From positions 1,540 through 65,539 of the IMG/VR virus record IMGVR_UViG_3300035670_000191: a DNA stretch of 64,000 bases. One strand, written 5' to 3'. The DNA is from a virus (Duplodnaviria; Caudoviricetes). Below are positions 1 through 10,061 of this stretch, in pieces (position 1 is the first letter of the stretch; every line of letters starts with the position of its first letter). The translations under genes were made by a program, and so were the position numbers. The notes under the pieces were generated by a model. That model had not been told where the DNA came from, did no database searches, and saw nothing but the letters and a program-made list of their open reading frames with translations.

Positions 1-13
1 CCTTGTGCAATGA

Positions 14-277
14 TTATGGATACTCTTCACCGTATGCGGAGGGTAGAACCTCACCACAGGAACAACATAGTTCATGCTTCTCCCATAAAACATCTATCCC
101 AACGCACCCTTTTGAGATATTCTCAATCAGCAGTAACTTGTTATGTCGGGATTTTAGACAATCCCAACAAACCAACCCGTCCCAATCAAAGATATACAAC
201 GGATAGCCCCCCGGCCAGGCATACTTTTCTTCTGCTTTGATTGTTTTAAGGAGTTGCTTTACACTTGTAAATATCAT
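14..277 (-). CDS. small Cys-containing phage protein (WPGGYP motif, CxxC pairs)
   Basis: 87 aa ORF with GAGGTG RBS upstream on the minus strand; CWDC and CCSCG. Confidence 0.6.
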   Translation of the reverse strand: MIFTSVKQLLKTIKAEEKYAWPGGYPLYIFDWDGLVCWDCLKSRHNKLLLIENISKGCVGIDVLWEKHELCCSCGEVLPSAYGEEYP

Positions 278-382
278 CTTTCACCTCTTCGGTTGTTACA
301 CAATGACCAACTTCGGTCATCCAGGAACATACTCTTAGAATATGCTCTTGGATGATGCCACGTCCTTGTGGAATCCAGAGAT

Positions 383-1864
383 TTACTTCTGGTTATTCAG
401 GTCATACAATCTCTTGTACTCCCCCAGCAACTCTAAGAATGCTTCCATATTCTTAGAGTATGTTAGGTTCTCTTTAGCTCTTGTCATAGCCACGTACAAG
501 AGTTGCAGACTTTGGCTTTCCACTAGGTAGTTATACTTTTGAGCATCGCTCATGTTATCCCAACCTGAGTGAGATGATGTTTCTGGAAGAAAATCATCTG
601 TTAGATGTACATTCTTCCACTCTAATCCCTTAGACTTATGCCCTGTTGCGATGACGATTGTTGCCTTATCTTCACTTGTTACCAAACAACTTTTGATCTT
701 TAGGATAGTTGAGTGGATTGGTGTACATTTTTTTGTAATCCTTACATACTTTTGTATTTCCCCATCCGTGGATTCTTCAACTTCTTTCCAAGAATGAAAG
801 GAAGACATCTGTCTATCAGGATACTTTATCTTCGGTTGTCTCCCGGCTACCCAAGCCGACCATAGTTCCGAAAGATGATACATCTTTTTGAATGTATCCT
901 TCATATCGGCATGGCAAAAGATACTCTCTCCATCATTTGCCCCGGCTATGAGAATGTCCATCATTGTCGCGTTGTTTCTGACAAGATATGTTCGTTGGTC
1001 AAACGAACCAACTCCATCATAGTCTTTCCCCCTACCTAGGACTTTCTTTCCAAATGTTTCTAAGATTAGGTTTGCCTTACTTGCCACAATTGGCCCGAAC
1101 CTGAATGATTCTGATAGTTGGCAGCTTTTCCAATCTTTAGGAATGTTGCTAAAGAAGTTCTTTGCCCCTCTAAACCCGTAAATACTCTGACATTCATCGC
1201 CAACTGCGATAAGTTGAGCCTTCTGCGACAAGAAGACCCCAAGACACACTGGGTTAGTGTCCTGGGCTTCATCTAACATAACTCTTGGATAACCTAAGTT
1301 AGGCTTACTTAAAGCCCACAACTTTAAGTAAACATCATGAGTGGAAAACAGTGCAATCTTAGGATTAGACAGGTTCTCCCACAAGGTCTTGGCATCCTTT
1401 CCGAAACATTGGTGTTCCAGAGGAACTTCATGTTCCACGTATTGTTCCAACGTGGTGGCGTTTGAATTACAAAACCCTTTAACAATGTCCACCGCAAAGG
1501 CCAGCATCTTGTTAGCTGTTCCTTCATCCTCTGGTAGAGACTCTTTTAGGATATCCCTTACAAGCGATGAGTCATAGAATGTAATTATTAGGCTGTCCTT
1601 ACCTTTCCTGAATTGACTCCCAAACTTCGCAAAGGCCAAAGCATGTATTGTCTTGCAGGTTACATGGTTCGGAAACTTGGTTGAGGCTTCTTCGGCAATA
1701 CTCTTGTTAAAAGATATGTAAAGTGTATTCACCGAGTCCTGCCCGGCAATCATCTGCAATGTTGAAGTCTTACCTGTCCCGGCAAGTGCCTGAATGGCGA
1801 TGTTTTTCTTGGATGCAACTGCATCTAAGATAGCCTGCTGCTCAGAAGTCGGTTTAAGTTTCAT
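383..1864 (-). CDS. SF1 UvrD/Rep-like DNA helicase
   Basis: Walker A ALAGTGKT, Walker B LDEAQD, VGDECQSIYGFRGA, HKSKGLEW, LYVAMTRAK. Confidence 0.93.
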   Translation of the reverse strand: MKLKPTSEQQAILDAVASKKNIAIQALAGTGKTSTLQMIAGQDSVNTLYISFNKSIAEEASTKFPNHVTCKTIHALAFAKFGSQFRKGKDSLIITFYDSSLVRDILKESLPEDEGTANKMLAFAVDIVKGFCNSNATTLEQYVEHEVPLEHQCFGKDAKTLWENLSNPKIALFSTHDVYLKLWALSKPNLGYPRVMLDEAQDTNPVCLGVFLSQKAQLIAVGDECQSIYGFRGAKNFFSNIPKDWKSCQLSESFRFGPIVASKANLILETFGKKVLGRGKDYDGVGSFDQRTYLVRNNATMMDILIAGANDGESIFCHADMKDTFKKMYHLSELWSAWVAGRQPKIKYPDRQMSSFHSWKEVEESTDGEIQKYVRITKKCTPIHSTILKIKSCLVTSEDKATIVIATGHKSKGLEWKNVHLTDDFLPETSSHSGWDNMSDAQKYNYLVESQSLQLLYVAMTRAKENLTYSKNMEAFLELLGEYKRLYDLNNQK

Positions 1865-1994
1865 GTTATCACCTAGGATGTTGTAAGTTCACTTTCTCAC
1901 CTTGCCAAACTTCAGGCAAGGTTATGGCCAGCTTGCCACAAGTTCCGGCAAGTTCCAGGCATGACCTGGGCCAGCAATCCGGCTGGCAACCATT

Positions 1995-2023
1995 ATTATA
2001 AAGGGTGACTTGACGGTGTCAAG
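1995..2023 (-). promoter_or_regulatory. leftward sigma70-like promoter with an operator-like palindrome over the -35
   Basis: minus strand TTGACA-16-TATAAT; palindrome CTTGAC-GGT-GTCAAG at 2009-2023. Confidence 0.6.
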
Positions 2024-2086
2024 GCCCAGGCGGAATTATTCCAGTCTGGCAGCTGTACGCCACGTGCATATAATATAATAAGGTAT

Positions 2087-2102
2087 TGCATAATCCATGC
2101 CA
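2087..2102 (-). promoter_or_regulatory. sigma54-like -24/-12 site
   Basis: minus strand TGGCATGGATTATGCA; shares AATCCATGCCAC with sites near 20637 and 20689. Confidence 0.45.
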
Positions 2103-2112
2103 CGCCGACCGC

Positions 2113-2164
2113 AAAAAAAAATTAAAAAAACCGCTTGACGCGCCGCATATTATTATTTTATTAT
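2113..2164 (+). promoter_or_regulatory. rightward sigma70-like early promoter with UP element
   Basis: A-tracts 2113-2130, TTGACG(2135)-18-TATTAT. Confidence 0.65.
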
Positions 2165-2294
2165 AACCACCACAGCCAGGGCAGGCCGTTTTAAGCCAAA
2201 AAGCCTAAAGCCAAAAAAGCAAAAGGCCAAAATCTTTCCAGGACTTTCCCTTATAACAGTGTGGTTCGCCATAAAACTTTTCCAAAGGTCAAAC

Positions 2295-2645
2295 ATGAAA
2301 GACTCAAATTCCCTGTCGTTCGACGAAAGAATGAAGCTATGCTGGAACTTGCCCCAAGAAATCCAAGATGCTGTCTATGCAGAGATAGATAAACAAAGGG
2401 CCGAAGCGGCTGCCCATGAAGCAGACTACGTTGCCGCGCAAAGACAGATGGAGATTGTTGAGGAGCAAAACTACTTTGCAGAAGAATTGCTGGACAACAT
2501 AAGTCTTCTTCTTCAAGAGACAGAGGTGGATATGTTCAACACTCGAAAGTCAGCACAAGCAGTAGCTTTGATAAAGTCTATTCGGGACGCCATGCAAACA
2601 TCGTCTTTTGAAAAAGGTCGCAACAAACCCACAACCAAGAGGTAG
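2295..2645 (+). CDS. hypothetical protein
   Basis: ORF with AAGG RBS before ATG 2295; first gene of the rightward operon. Confidence 0.65.
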   Translation: MKDSNSLSFDERMKLCWNLPQEIQDAVYAEIDKQRAEAAAHEADYVAAQRQMEIVEEQNYFAEELLDNISLLLQETEVDMFNTRKSAQAVALIKSIRDAMQTSSFEKGRNKPTTKR

Positions 2646-2650
2646 TAACA

Positions 2651-3055
2651 ATGTCAACGATACTTATAGCAATCCGCAAGACGGAAACCGGACAAACAAA
2701 CCGCATATACCTGTCCCATCATTGGTTCGACGACTTAAGCCTTCGGTGGAAGTTTGGCCAACTCTACCAGACCACGGATGGTTCATGCGCCCGGACATTA
2801 AACTTAAACATCACAGTCCCGGAGTTCGTAGAACTTATACGCCAGGAAATATGGGCGGGAGTGTCACACCTAACTGTCAAAGACCCGATCAAGTTCATGA
2901 CAGACCTTGCAGACTTAATGGCCTTCGACAGAGCAATCGACGTATACAGACGCCGACCCGAACTTGAGGATGATGCAGCTATGCCAGAATGGCTGTCAAG
3001 CGACTTCAAGATTCTACTTGACTCCCTCTGGGTGTCTATTGGCGGCGACAATTAA
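2651..3055 (+). CDS. hypothetical protein
   Basis: 134 aa, GAGG RBS, tightly packed. Confidence 0.65.
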   Translation: MSTILIAIRKTETGQTNRIYLSHHWFDDLSLRWKFGQLYQTTDGSCARTLNLNITVPEFVELIRQEIWAGVSHLTVKDPIKFMTDLADLMAFDRAIDVYRRRPELEDDAAMPEWLSSDFKILLDSLWVSIGGDN

Positions 3056-3087
3056 CAACATAACAACGTAACAACGTGAGGTGAAAC

Positions 3088-3336
3088 ATGTTTAACAATC
3101 ATTCAGAATACATGCAATACATTGCGACAGAGATGGATGTTGAGGAAAGAAACAGGAACAGTGGATTCAAGGATGAGTATGAGATACGGGGATTCCTTGA
3201 CAGGGCAATGTACCTACGATTTTTAACCCACGCATATCCTGCTGAAAGCGTTTACGAACTCTCTAATAAACTTGGAAGTCAACACGACTTCGGCGAACTA
3301 ATAACCCAGTTGAAAAAGCTGAAAAACAACTCGTAA
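3088..3336 (+). CDS. hypothetical protein
   Basis: 82 aa, GAGGTG RBS. Confidence 0.7.
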   Translation: MFNNHSEYMQYIATEMDVEERNRNSGFKDEYEIRGFLDRAMYLRFLTHAYPAESVYELSNKLGSQHDFGELITQLKKLKNNS

Positions 3337-3386
3337 CCACCGCCTTTGGCGCAAGGACGCGCCTAACCCACGTCCATAAACCCCTT

Positions 3387-4757
3387 ATGCTAAACACCGA
3401 CCAACAAAAAGCCCTAACATTTCTTCGGGCATGGTGGACAAGTCCTGAGATGTTTGCCGTATTGACTGGCCCCGGTGGGGTCGGTAAGACATACATCTTG
3501 GAAGCCTTCATTCAAGAAGTTTCGAGCAAAGACACCGTAAGCCCCTTGTTCCTGGCCCCAACGCATGAAGCCCTTTTACAACTTAGGCAACGTATAAGCG
3601 GTGACTACCCCTTCAAAACTATACATTCCTCTCTTGGGATTGTTCCAACAGGGGAGAAAGAAGTTAGTTTCTCAAAGCTCTCGGGCAAGCTCCCAGATAT
3701 ATGGGAACAGGTTAACCTGTGCATTGTTGACGAAGCGTCAATGATTCCAGAGGACATCCTCAACCTACTTATGTCAACTAAGGTCAAGACCCTGTTCGTC
3801 GGCCATGAGTCACAACTTCCACCTGTAGTGCCGTCACGTCACCGGAATGACCCTTGTATAAGTCCGGTTTTTGCCCAAACCCCGGAATCTTCTCGCCCAC
3901 AATCGCGGTTTGGGTGGGACTCCGTGGCGAACATTCCAAAGGTTGCGCTAACTATTCCGATGCGAAACTCCGGGGACTTATGGGCTTACACACAACAAGT
4001 TGAGGCAAGTCTCGCAAACCCGGCCCAAACTGATATAAAGTCAGTTTTCGACTGCACAAAAGGTGTTTTCAACCGTTACATTCGCTCAACCGAGGGCCAG
4101 GACTCTATCCGTGCTGGCGACACCAAAGTTATTCTATGGTCGAATAAGGGCGTGGCGGCCTATAACGATATTATTCGCCAGGAACTTTTCGGTGAGAAAG
4201 CCTTACTCTCTCGGTTTTTGCCCGGTGACAAGATTCTGTTAACAGAACCCTTGTTCCAGCCGAGTCTGGCAGACTATACAGAAGCCAGGCTCTCACGGCT
4301 TAACAAAGCCCAAACAGACTACTACTTTAGTAATGCACAGGCAACAATCCTTGGATTCTATCCAAAGACCCTTGTTTTCAACAAAGCCTTTTCACTTGAC
4401 GTAACAGTTGCAAAGGTTGCTTTCGTAGACTCCGAAGCTACCATTGTTATTCCGAACAATCCCATGCAAATGGCGGCACTTGCAGCATATTTGGAACACG
4501 TAGCTTGGAACGCCCCCACACCGTCTGATAAGAAGCGGGCCTATGAACGTCGCCGTTTTATCCTATCGTGTTTTGCCAGCGTACTGCACGCTTATGCAGT
4601 AACAACTCACCGTGTCCAGGGCAAGACCATCGACACCGTATTTGTGATGCTGGCTGACATCCGCCGGAATCCAAACCCCATTGAGACAAAAAAGTGCTGG
4701 TATACAGCGGTTAGCCGCGCAAAAAGGCAACTTTTCGTATACAAAGGGGTTGCATAG
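3387..4757 (+). CDS. SF1B Dda/RecD-like helicase
   Basis: GPGGVGKT, APTH, VDEASM, QLPPV, YAVTTHRVQG, YTAVSRA. Confidence 0.9.
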   Translation: MLNTDQQKALTFLRAWWTSPEMFAVLTGPGGVGKTYILEAFIQEVSSKDTVSPLFLAPTHEALLQLRQRISGDYPFKTIHSSLGIVPTGEKEVSFSKLSGKLPDIWEQVNLCIVDEASMIPEDILNLLMSTKVKTLFVGHESQLPPVVPSRHRNDPCISPVFAQTPESSRPQSRFGWDSVANIPKVALTIPMRNSGDLWAYTQQVEASLANPAQTDIKSVFDCTKGVFNRYIRSTEGQDSIRAGDTKVILWSNKGVAAYNDIIRQELFGEKALLSRFLPGDKILLTEPLFQPSLADYTEARLSRLNKAQTDYYFSNAQATILGFYPKTLVFNKAFSLDVTVAKVAFVDSEATIVIPNNPMQMAALAAYLEHVAWNAPTPSDKKRAYERRRFILSCFASVLHAYAVTTHRVQGKTIDTVFVMLADIRRNPNPIETKKCWYTAVSRAKRQLFVYKGVA

Positions 4758-4778
4758 CGCAATTCAGCGTGTTAAACT
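4750..4778 (+). promoter_or_regulatory. sigma70-like promoter
   Basis: TTGCAT-17-TAAACT with extended -10 TG. Confidence 0.55.
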
Positions 4779-4910
4779 ACTATCCATGCAGTCCAGAACG
4801 GACGGCATCCGGCCCCGGTCAACCGCCCCCACCCCAGGTAACAACATGAAGCATCAACCCACAACACGTTACGCACTACGTTACTACAACTTTCCCGGAG
4901 AAACCATTAT

Positions 4911-5315
4911 ATGCTTGAAACAGAAACCCCAACCCCTGTTTACGATTCAGGGTATACTGACGAACGTAAGCATGAACTTGAAGTTGCTTACAAGAAACTT
5001 GAACGACGTGTTGCACGTGGTGAGGGAGAAGTTACACGGACAGAGTTTCGTAATGTCGTTGTTCCTTATATGCGCTGCAAGCGTGTATCTGACTTTCTTC
5101 TGAAAGAACCTAAGCCAAAGCCTGTCAAACCACCCCGGGTCAAAAAGCCCAAGAAACTCACAAAGAAACGTCTGAAAGAGATACTTCCGGGAATAATGGA
5201 GAAGCTGGCAACCGGACAACCGCTGGATGCCGAAGAAATCCAAGCAAAAGAACAGTTTGGATTGGCTTTGCCGGAGGCAGACACGGACACGGACACGGAC
5301 ACGGACTTACTATAA
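4911..5315 (+). CDS. hypothetical basic protein
   Basis: 134 aa, K/P-rich middle; DT tail from an ACACGG tandem repeat. Confidence 0.7.
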   Translation: MLETETPTPVYDSGYTDERKHELEVAYKKLERRVARGEGEVTRTEFRNVVVPYMRCKRVSDFLLKEPKPKPVKPPRVKKPKKLTKKRLKEILPGIMEKLATGQPLDAEEIQAKEQFGLALPEADTDTDTDTDLL

Positions 5316-5360
5316 GCCGCAACACCCAAAGCACACTTTGCAACCCACTGAAACACTAAC

Positions 5361-6227
5361 ATGACAAACACATACACCGCAGAAATCATCGCAGACTCGC
5401 TGTCTGAACATGGCGCAAGAATAACTACACTTAAGTGCCGTTACCCCCTGTTTATCCATGCTGAACTTCTGACTCACAGGATGTTTTCCAGAAACTCAGC
5501 TTCTAGTCGGGCAATCCCAACAACGTCCTTACTCTATGACGTGGAGTCAAACCCTGTTATCCCTGAAGTCCTGTTCAAGAACTGTATCGGGATGCAGGGA
5601 ATGGAAGTTTTGGATGACTCTATCAAAGAGATAATTGCCACAGGACTTGTCAAACACTTATCCCGGACACTTAAACTTGTCAAAGGTCTGCAAGACTATG
5701 GCCTGCACAAACAATCAGCTAACAGATACTTAGCCCCTTTCCAGCACATTGATACACTTCTAACTGCAACAGATTGGACAAACTTCCTAAGTCTGCGCCT
5801 TGCCCCTGATGCTCAACCTGAAATGCAGATGCTTGCCAGGGCTATCAAAGAAGCCCTCGACACGTCCACCCCAGTAAGACTTAAACAAGGCGAATGGCAC
5901 TTGCCTTTTGCAAAAGACTTGCCTCCGATGGACTTATCCCGGCTTAAAGATATTTGTGTCGGAAGGTGTGCCAGGGTAACTTATGGAACAGGGACAGGAC
6001 ACTACACCCCAGAACAGGATGCTAGTCTTGCGAAAAGATTGGCCTCAGCAGGACATGCTTCACCTTTTGAACACATTGCCAGACCCTTTACCGGAAGTGA
6101 ATGGCAGTTAGCCCGGGATATACAGACACTTGCCAGACATTCCCCGCATGGACTAATGTTTAACAATCCAATGTATAGTAGGAATTTGTTTGGATGGGTT
6201 TCTTATAGAAGAGAGATGGGGCTATGA
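5361..6227 (+). CDS. thyX: flavin-dependent thymidylate synthase (phage ThyX-like)
   Basis: ELLTHRMFSRNSASSRAIP, HKQSANRYL, LRLAPDAQPEM, HASPFEH. Confidence 0.85.
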   Translation: MTNTYTAEIIADSLSEHGARITTLKCRYPLFIHAELLTHRMFSRNSASSRAIPTTSLLYDVESNPVIPEVLFKNCIGMQGMEVLDDSIKEIIATGLVKHLSRTLKLVKGLQDYGLHKQSANRYLAPFQHIDTLLTATDWTNFLSLRLAPDAQPEMQMLARAIKEALDTSTPVRLKQGEWHLPFAKDLPPMDLSRLKDICVGRCARVTYGTGTGHYTPEQDASLAKRLASAGHASPFEHIARPFTGSEWQLARDIQTLARHSPHGLMFNNPMYSRNLFGWVSYRREMGL

Positions 6228-6320
6228 TTGTCAGCCATGCCGGTGGCCCTCAGCCAACAGAAATACTTGGCTTAGTGTAGCATTCAAATAGTAAGACTTA
6301 GACATCAAGAGGTAACAACA

Positions 6321-6623
6321 ATGGCAAAAGTAATAACACTTTACGCTGCGGCACGGGATAAGCGCAAATTCACCGAAGGGGAAGCACGGAGCCTCCTATA
6401 CATACTCGGAAAGTATTGCAGTGCCGACATAAAAAACAAACTTAAGGCAGCTTTTGAGGCTATGCCAACCGAGCCAACTATAAGAAAAGCCTTAACAACT
6501 ATGGACGAGTCAAACAGCCTTAAACTTTACGAAACAGATGCTTTTTATGAACCCGAAAACTCGTACAAAGATGAAATCCGCAAGATTCGCCAAGCATTCC
6601 TAACGCCCCGGAGCCAAAAATGA
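6321..6623 (+). CDS. hypothetical protein
   Basis: 100 aa, GAGG RBS, overlaps the next start. Confidence 0.7.
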   Translation: MAKVITLYAAARDKRKFTEGEARSLLYILGKYCSADIKNKLKAAFEAMPTEPTIRKALTTMDESNSLKLYETDAFYEPENSYKDEIRKIRQAFLTPRSQK

Positions 6624-7639
6624 CACTACAAACCCTATTCCCCTTCCACTTCTCCCCATCCACTATGTCAGACCTTTGGTCATGCGAGTTCGCTTTCTAC
6701 CGTAAGCACATCCAAAAACTCAGACCAATGGCCCAAACTGACAGTAACTTGTATGCAGGGGGGTTGTTTGCCTCAGCTTGTGAAATCACGCGCAAGGCTT
6801 TCTTCAACGATAAGGTTCCAGAAGATACGGCTATCCAACTTGGCAAAACCCACATTCTGGAAGCAGATTCAACCGAAGATGACTTGAAGTCTAACGAACG
6901 CCTTGCATACGTCTTTGAGAAATACTTTCAACACTACCCGGTTGACAAAGACCTTACACCTTGTGAACTGGAAGATGGGACATACGCCATCGAGTATTAC
7001 TTCGACCTAGGCTTGGGGATTCCACATCCTGACTTTCCAGACAAGGAACTGTCATTTGTTGGGCGGCTGGACTTTTTGGGTGAACGACGCGAGAGTGGCA
7101 AGACCGTCAGATACGTTGTGGACGATAAAACAACCAAAGCTGTGCGTCGTATTACTGGGACAAAAATCCCGGACGTGGCCACAGAGGAAAAAATAGAGTC
7201 TACCCGTGGTCAGTTCATGGCGTACATATACGCGGCCCGTGCAATCGGCGTCAAGGGCATAAACAAGGCACTGATTCGCCGGGTTCCGATCCTGGCAACG
7301 TATGAAAAGCCTTACGAAATCCCACTAACGTATACAGACCACGCCCTAGAATCATGGTTTACGTCCACCACTGATAAAATCATGGACGTACTGGAGCGGT
7401 ATAAATGGCTAAAAGCCAACGGTGAAGAAAATGCGATAAAAGCGTTCCGGCCTGTTTACAATGACGCCTGCAATAGCTATAATCGCCCCTGTACATACAA
7501 AGTAGGCTGCCTTCACCGAGAGGGCGAAGAAATCCTGGCACAAACATGTGAACAGACTGTGCATACTAAGGTTGGGGATACTTGGGTAAACCTGCCCCTA
7601 AAACAAGTTCTGAAAGACCTAAGAGGCACTCCGACGTAA
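6620..7639 (+). CDS. PD-(D/E)XK (RecB/Cas4-like) exonuclease
   Basis: SPS..CE N-terminus, IEY..FVGRLD..VVDDKTT, QFMAY, C-terminal cysteines (DAC..RPC..GC). Confidence 0.8.
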   Translation: MTLQTLFPFHFSPSTMSDLWSCEFAFYRKHIQKLRPMAQTDSNLYAGGLFASACEITRKAFFNDKVPEDTAIQLGKTHILEADSTEDDLKSNERLAYVFEKYFQHYPVDKDLTPCELEDGTYAIEYYFDLGLGIPHPDFPDKELSFVGRLDFLGERRESGKTVRYVVDDKTTKAVRRITGTKIPDVATEEKIESTRGQFMAYIYAARAIGVKGINKALIRRVPILATYEKPYEIPLTYTDHALESWFTSTTDKIMDVLERYKWLKANGEENAIKAFRPVYNDACNSYNRPCTYKVGCLHREGEEILAQTCEQTVHTKVGDTWVNLPLKQVLKDLRGTPT

Positions 7640-7739
7640 CAAGTTACTACCTCCCTTGGGGACATGGATGTTCCTCTTTTTACAAGGATGCAAGCAGCGC
7701 ATAGCGCATCCCCCCAAACACAAACACAAAGGTTAAACT

Positions 7740-8396
7740 ATGAACGCAAACACAACATTCCACATCCCCTGCACGTATCGCGCCCTCCGTGAGTTTTTGA
7801 AACTCAGCAAGGACAGCGCAAGGCTCAAACTTGTAGTTACAAAGAAATACTGCATACTTGCCTCAAGTCCGATAATTATACGGATTCCGCATGAGAAGCC
7901 CCTAGCCCTCAAGGCTGCATTTGAGATAGACTTCGACGATACGAATAATAAGGTTGTTTTTGACACCATAAAAACTCTCCAGGCAAGACTTGCAAAAGAG
8001 TTTATAGGTTTTAGATACTTGGACGACACAACTTCTCCCAAACTGTTAGTTGACACAAACCCGGATGTTGCCTTCGACACAAGAAGTGTAGGGGTCTATC
8101 AACAGGGCAAGGATTGGTACACCCATACAGCAGACTCATACATTGAAAGTGCAAATGGTAACAAAGCTGCACCCGGGATGTTCGAGACATACGCTTACAA
8201 CTGGGAGTATCTGGCTTTTGTCGTGGACTTATACTCTGAAATTAACGCCCCAGTCCAACGACATAAAGCTATCACACCAAGAGACTTCATATACACAACA
8301 ACACAATTCCCTGGGACTAAAGCCCAAAGTCTTATAATGACAACCAAAGGTTCGCATGAACCTTACGAAGCAATCATTGCGCCTGTTACGCTGTAA
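7740..8396 (+). CDS. hypothetical protein (possibly a remote sliding-clamp-like fold)
   Basis: 218 aa ORF; C-terminal YEAIIAPV is only weakly clamp-like. Confidence 0.55.
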   Translation: MNANTTFHIPCTYRALREFLKLSKDSARLKLVVTKKYCILASSPIIIRIPHEKPLALKAAFEIDFDDTNNKVVFDTIKTLQARLAKEFIGFRYLDDTTSPKLLVDTNPDVAFDTRSVGVYQQGKDWYTHTADSYIESANGNKAAPGMFETYAYNWEYLAFVVDLYSEINAPVQRHKAITPRDFIYTTTQFPGTKAQSLIMTTKGSHEPYEAIIAPVTL

Positions 8397-8436
8397 ACCC
8401 TGTTACGCTGCAACCACATACTAAGAGACAAACACC

Positions 8437-8763
8437 ATGAAAATTATTCTGACAAATGCTTTCTCCCTCAACATGCTTGAAGATAACTGTCAGTTGGACG
8501 TATTCACGCTCAACATCGAACAAGTCAAACTTATACTTGAGCAAATTCCTTGGGAGTCAGCCATTGGACACGCTGACACGGCTGCCATGGTCGGGAACCT
8601 GCTCGGAATCGACATTCCCTGTAACCGTGTTAATATAACAATGGAGAGAGGGAATCCCATCATTGTCGCACAATATGTTGGCCCCCGTCTTCCGGAAGGA
8701 ACAACGGTACTCCCAGAAGGCAGCAGCATAGTTTTCAAAAGAGTAGAGAAGTTCTACGCCTAA
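8437..8763 (+). CDS. acrIII-1: DUF1874 / STIV B116 family protein, AcrIII-1-like viral ring nuclease
   Basis: NAFSLNML, SAIGHADTA, NRVNI, QYVGPRLPEG family motifs; 108 aa. Confidence 0.88.
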   Translation: MKIILTNAFSLNMLEDNCQLDVFTLNIEQVKLILEQIPWESAIGHADTAAMVGNLLGIDIPCNRVNITMERGNPIIVAQYVGPRLPEGTTVLPEGSSIVFKRVEKFYA

Positions 8764-8819
8764 CCCTATTGCCTACCTTTCTTTGAAGGGTAGGCTTCCC
8801 TGCAACCCTTGGTGCATCC

Positions 8820-9701
8820 ATGAACAAACAACTTAAAGAACAAACCCCTGACATCCCGGATTCCTCCGTTAAGAAAATAATTCTGTATGGTGCGGGTGGT
8901 ACGGGTAAGTCCACGTCCATAGCAACAACCTTGATTGACGCTCCGGCAAACCGCAGAATAGTTTATCTGATGACAGAACGGAATGCTGTTAGTGGCCTAG
9001 AATATGGTTTGCAGAAACATGGGATAACCCCAACGCCTGGACAAATAGTCTATGTGTTTCCCCAAGAAAAAAAGAAGGCTTTTGTAGACTTGGAGCGGGC
9101 TTTTGCCTTGTACGAACAAACAAGCAAAACCGAAGCCCTCAAAGGTCAGTCTGCAACAACTCAAGGCAAGGAGAACTACGGCTACATCAACAAGATTCTC
9201 AAAACACTCGCAAAATTCACTGGCCAAGACTTTGCCACCGGAGAAACAATCGAAATCGGCAACGTAGGGGACTTGACTTCGTCGGATATACTTGTCATTG
9301 ACGGATTGTCGCCGATTGGCAACGAAATATGGAACAGCATGGTAGGGGATAAGCTTGCTATAAGTATGACAGACTATCGCCCTCCCCAACGCTCAATGTA
9401 TCTTCTGTTTGCCGCTATTGCAAAACTCGATTGCCATGTTATACTGCTCGCCCATGAGAAAGAAGTCTTGAATGATTCAGGTACACTTGACTGCCTCAGA
9501 GTCAATACCTGGGTTGGCAATAGTAACTATGAGACGCTCATGGGCCTCTGGACAGATGTTGTCTATGCGTATAAGCAGGGCAATGCCTTTAAGTGGGCAG
9601 GCCAGCGTCCCAAAACATATACTATTGCACGCAACATCCCTGCGAAAGATAACCTTGAACCTTCTTTTCACACTCACGGAGTATTTTCTACGAAACAGTG
9701 A
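8820..9701 (+). CDS. AAA_24 / Sak4-like ATPase (putative recombinase)
   Basis: LYGAGGTGKST, LVIDGLS, VILLAHE; lies between the exonuclease and the SSB-like gene. Confidence 0.8.
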   Translation: MNKQLKEQTPDIPDSSVKKIILYGAGGTGKSTSIATTLIDAPANRRIVYLMTERNAVSGLEYGLQKHGITPTPGQIVYVFPQEKKKAFVDLERAFALYEQTSKTEALKGQSATTQGKENYGYINKILKTLAKFTGQDFATGETIEIGNVGDLTSSDILVIDGLSPIGNEIWNSMVGDKLAISMTDYRPPQRSMYLLFAAIAKLDCHVILLAHEKEVLNDSGTLDCLRVNTWVGNSNYETLMGLWTDVVYAYKQGNAFKWAGQRPKTYTIARNIPAKDNLEPSFHTHGVFSTKQ

Positions 9702-9761
9702 TGCCAAAGCACTTACGCACTCACACAAACCTACAACCCTAACCCAAACCGAGAAACAACA

Positions 9762-10025
9762 ATGTTCAAAATCTTTCCCATCAAAAATAAGCCCTTGCTG
9801 CCAAAGACTTCTGACCAAGACTTCGCAGACGGTTTGTCAGAGACTTTCCTCTTTTACTTCGTAGATTCTGCGGAAGACTACGAAGCAACAGCCGACTTCT
9901 TATACGCATCACAAGATGATTCACCTGCCTTTATCCAGGGCAGCCGCAAAGCACTAGAATTTATACGGGAGGCGCGAGCAAACGCTAAAAAAGTTACAGA
10001 CATCAAAACCACACTTTCACTTTAA
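9762..10025 (+). CDS. hypothetical protein
   Basis: 87 aa ORF with GAGA RBS. Confidence 0.6.
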   Translation: MFKIFPIKNKPLLPKTSDQDFADGLSETFLFYFVDSAEDYEATADFLYASQDDSPAFIQGSRKALEFIREARANAKKVTDIKTTLSL

Positions 10026-10061
10026 CACACTTCAACACAACACAACCAAAGGTACATTACA

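Noticed and set aside
5279-5305. ACACGG tandem repeat as a phase-variation switch
   Set aside because: The 6-bp unit is in frame at the C-terminus and only changes the length of a DT tail.
6620-7639. Cas4 as part of a CRISPR adaptation module
   Set aside because: Context (Sak4-like ATPase, SSB-like gene, PolA) fits a phage recombination exonuclease; no cas1 or cas2.
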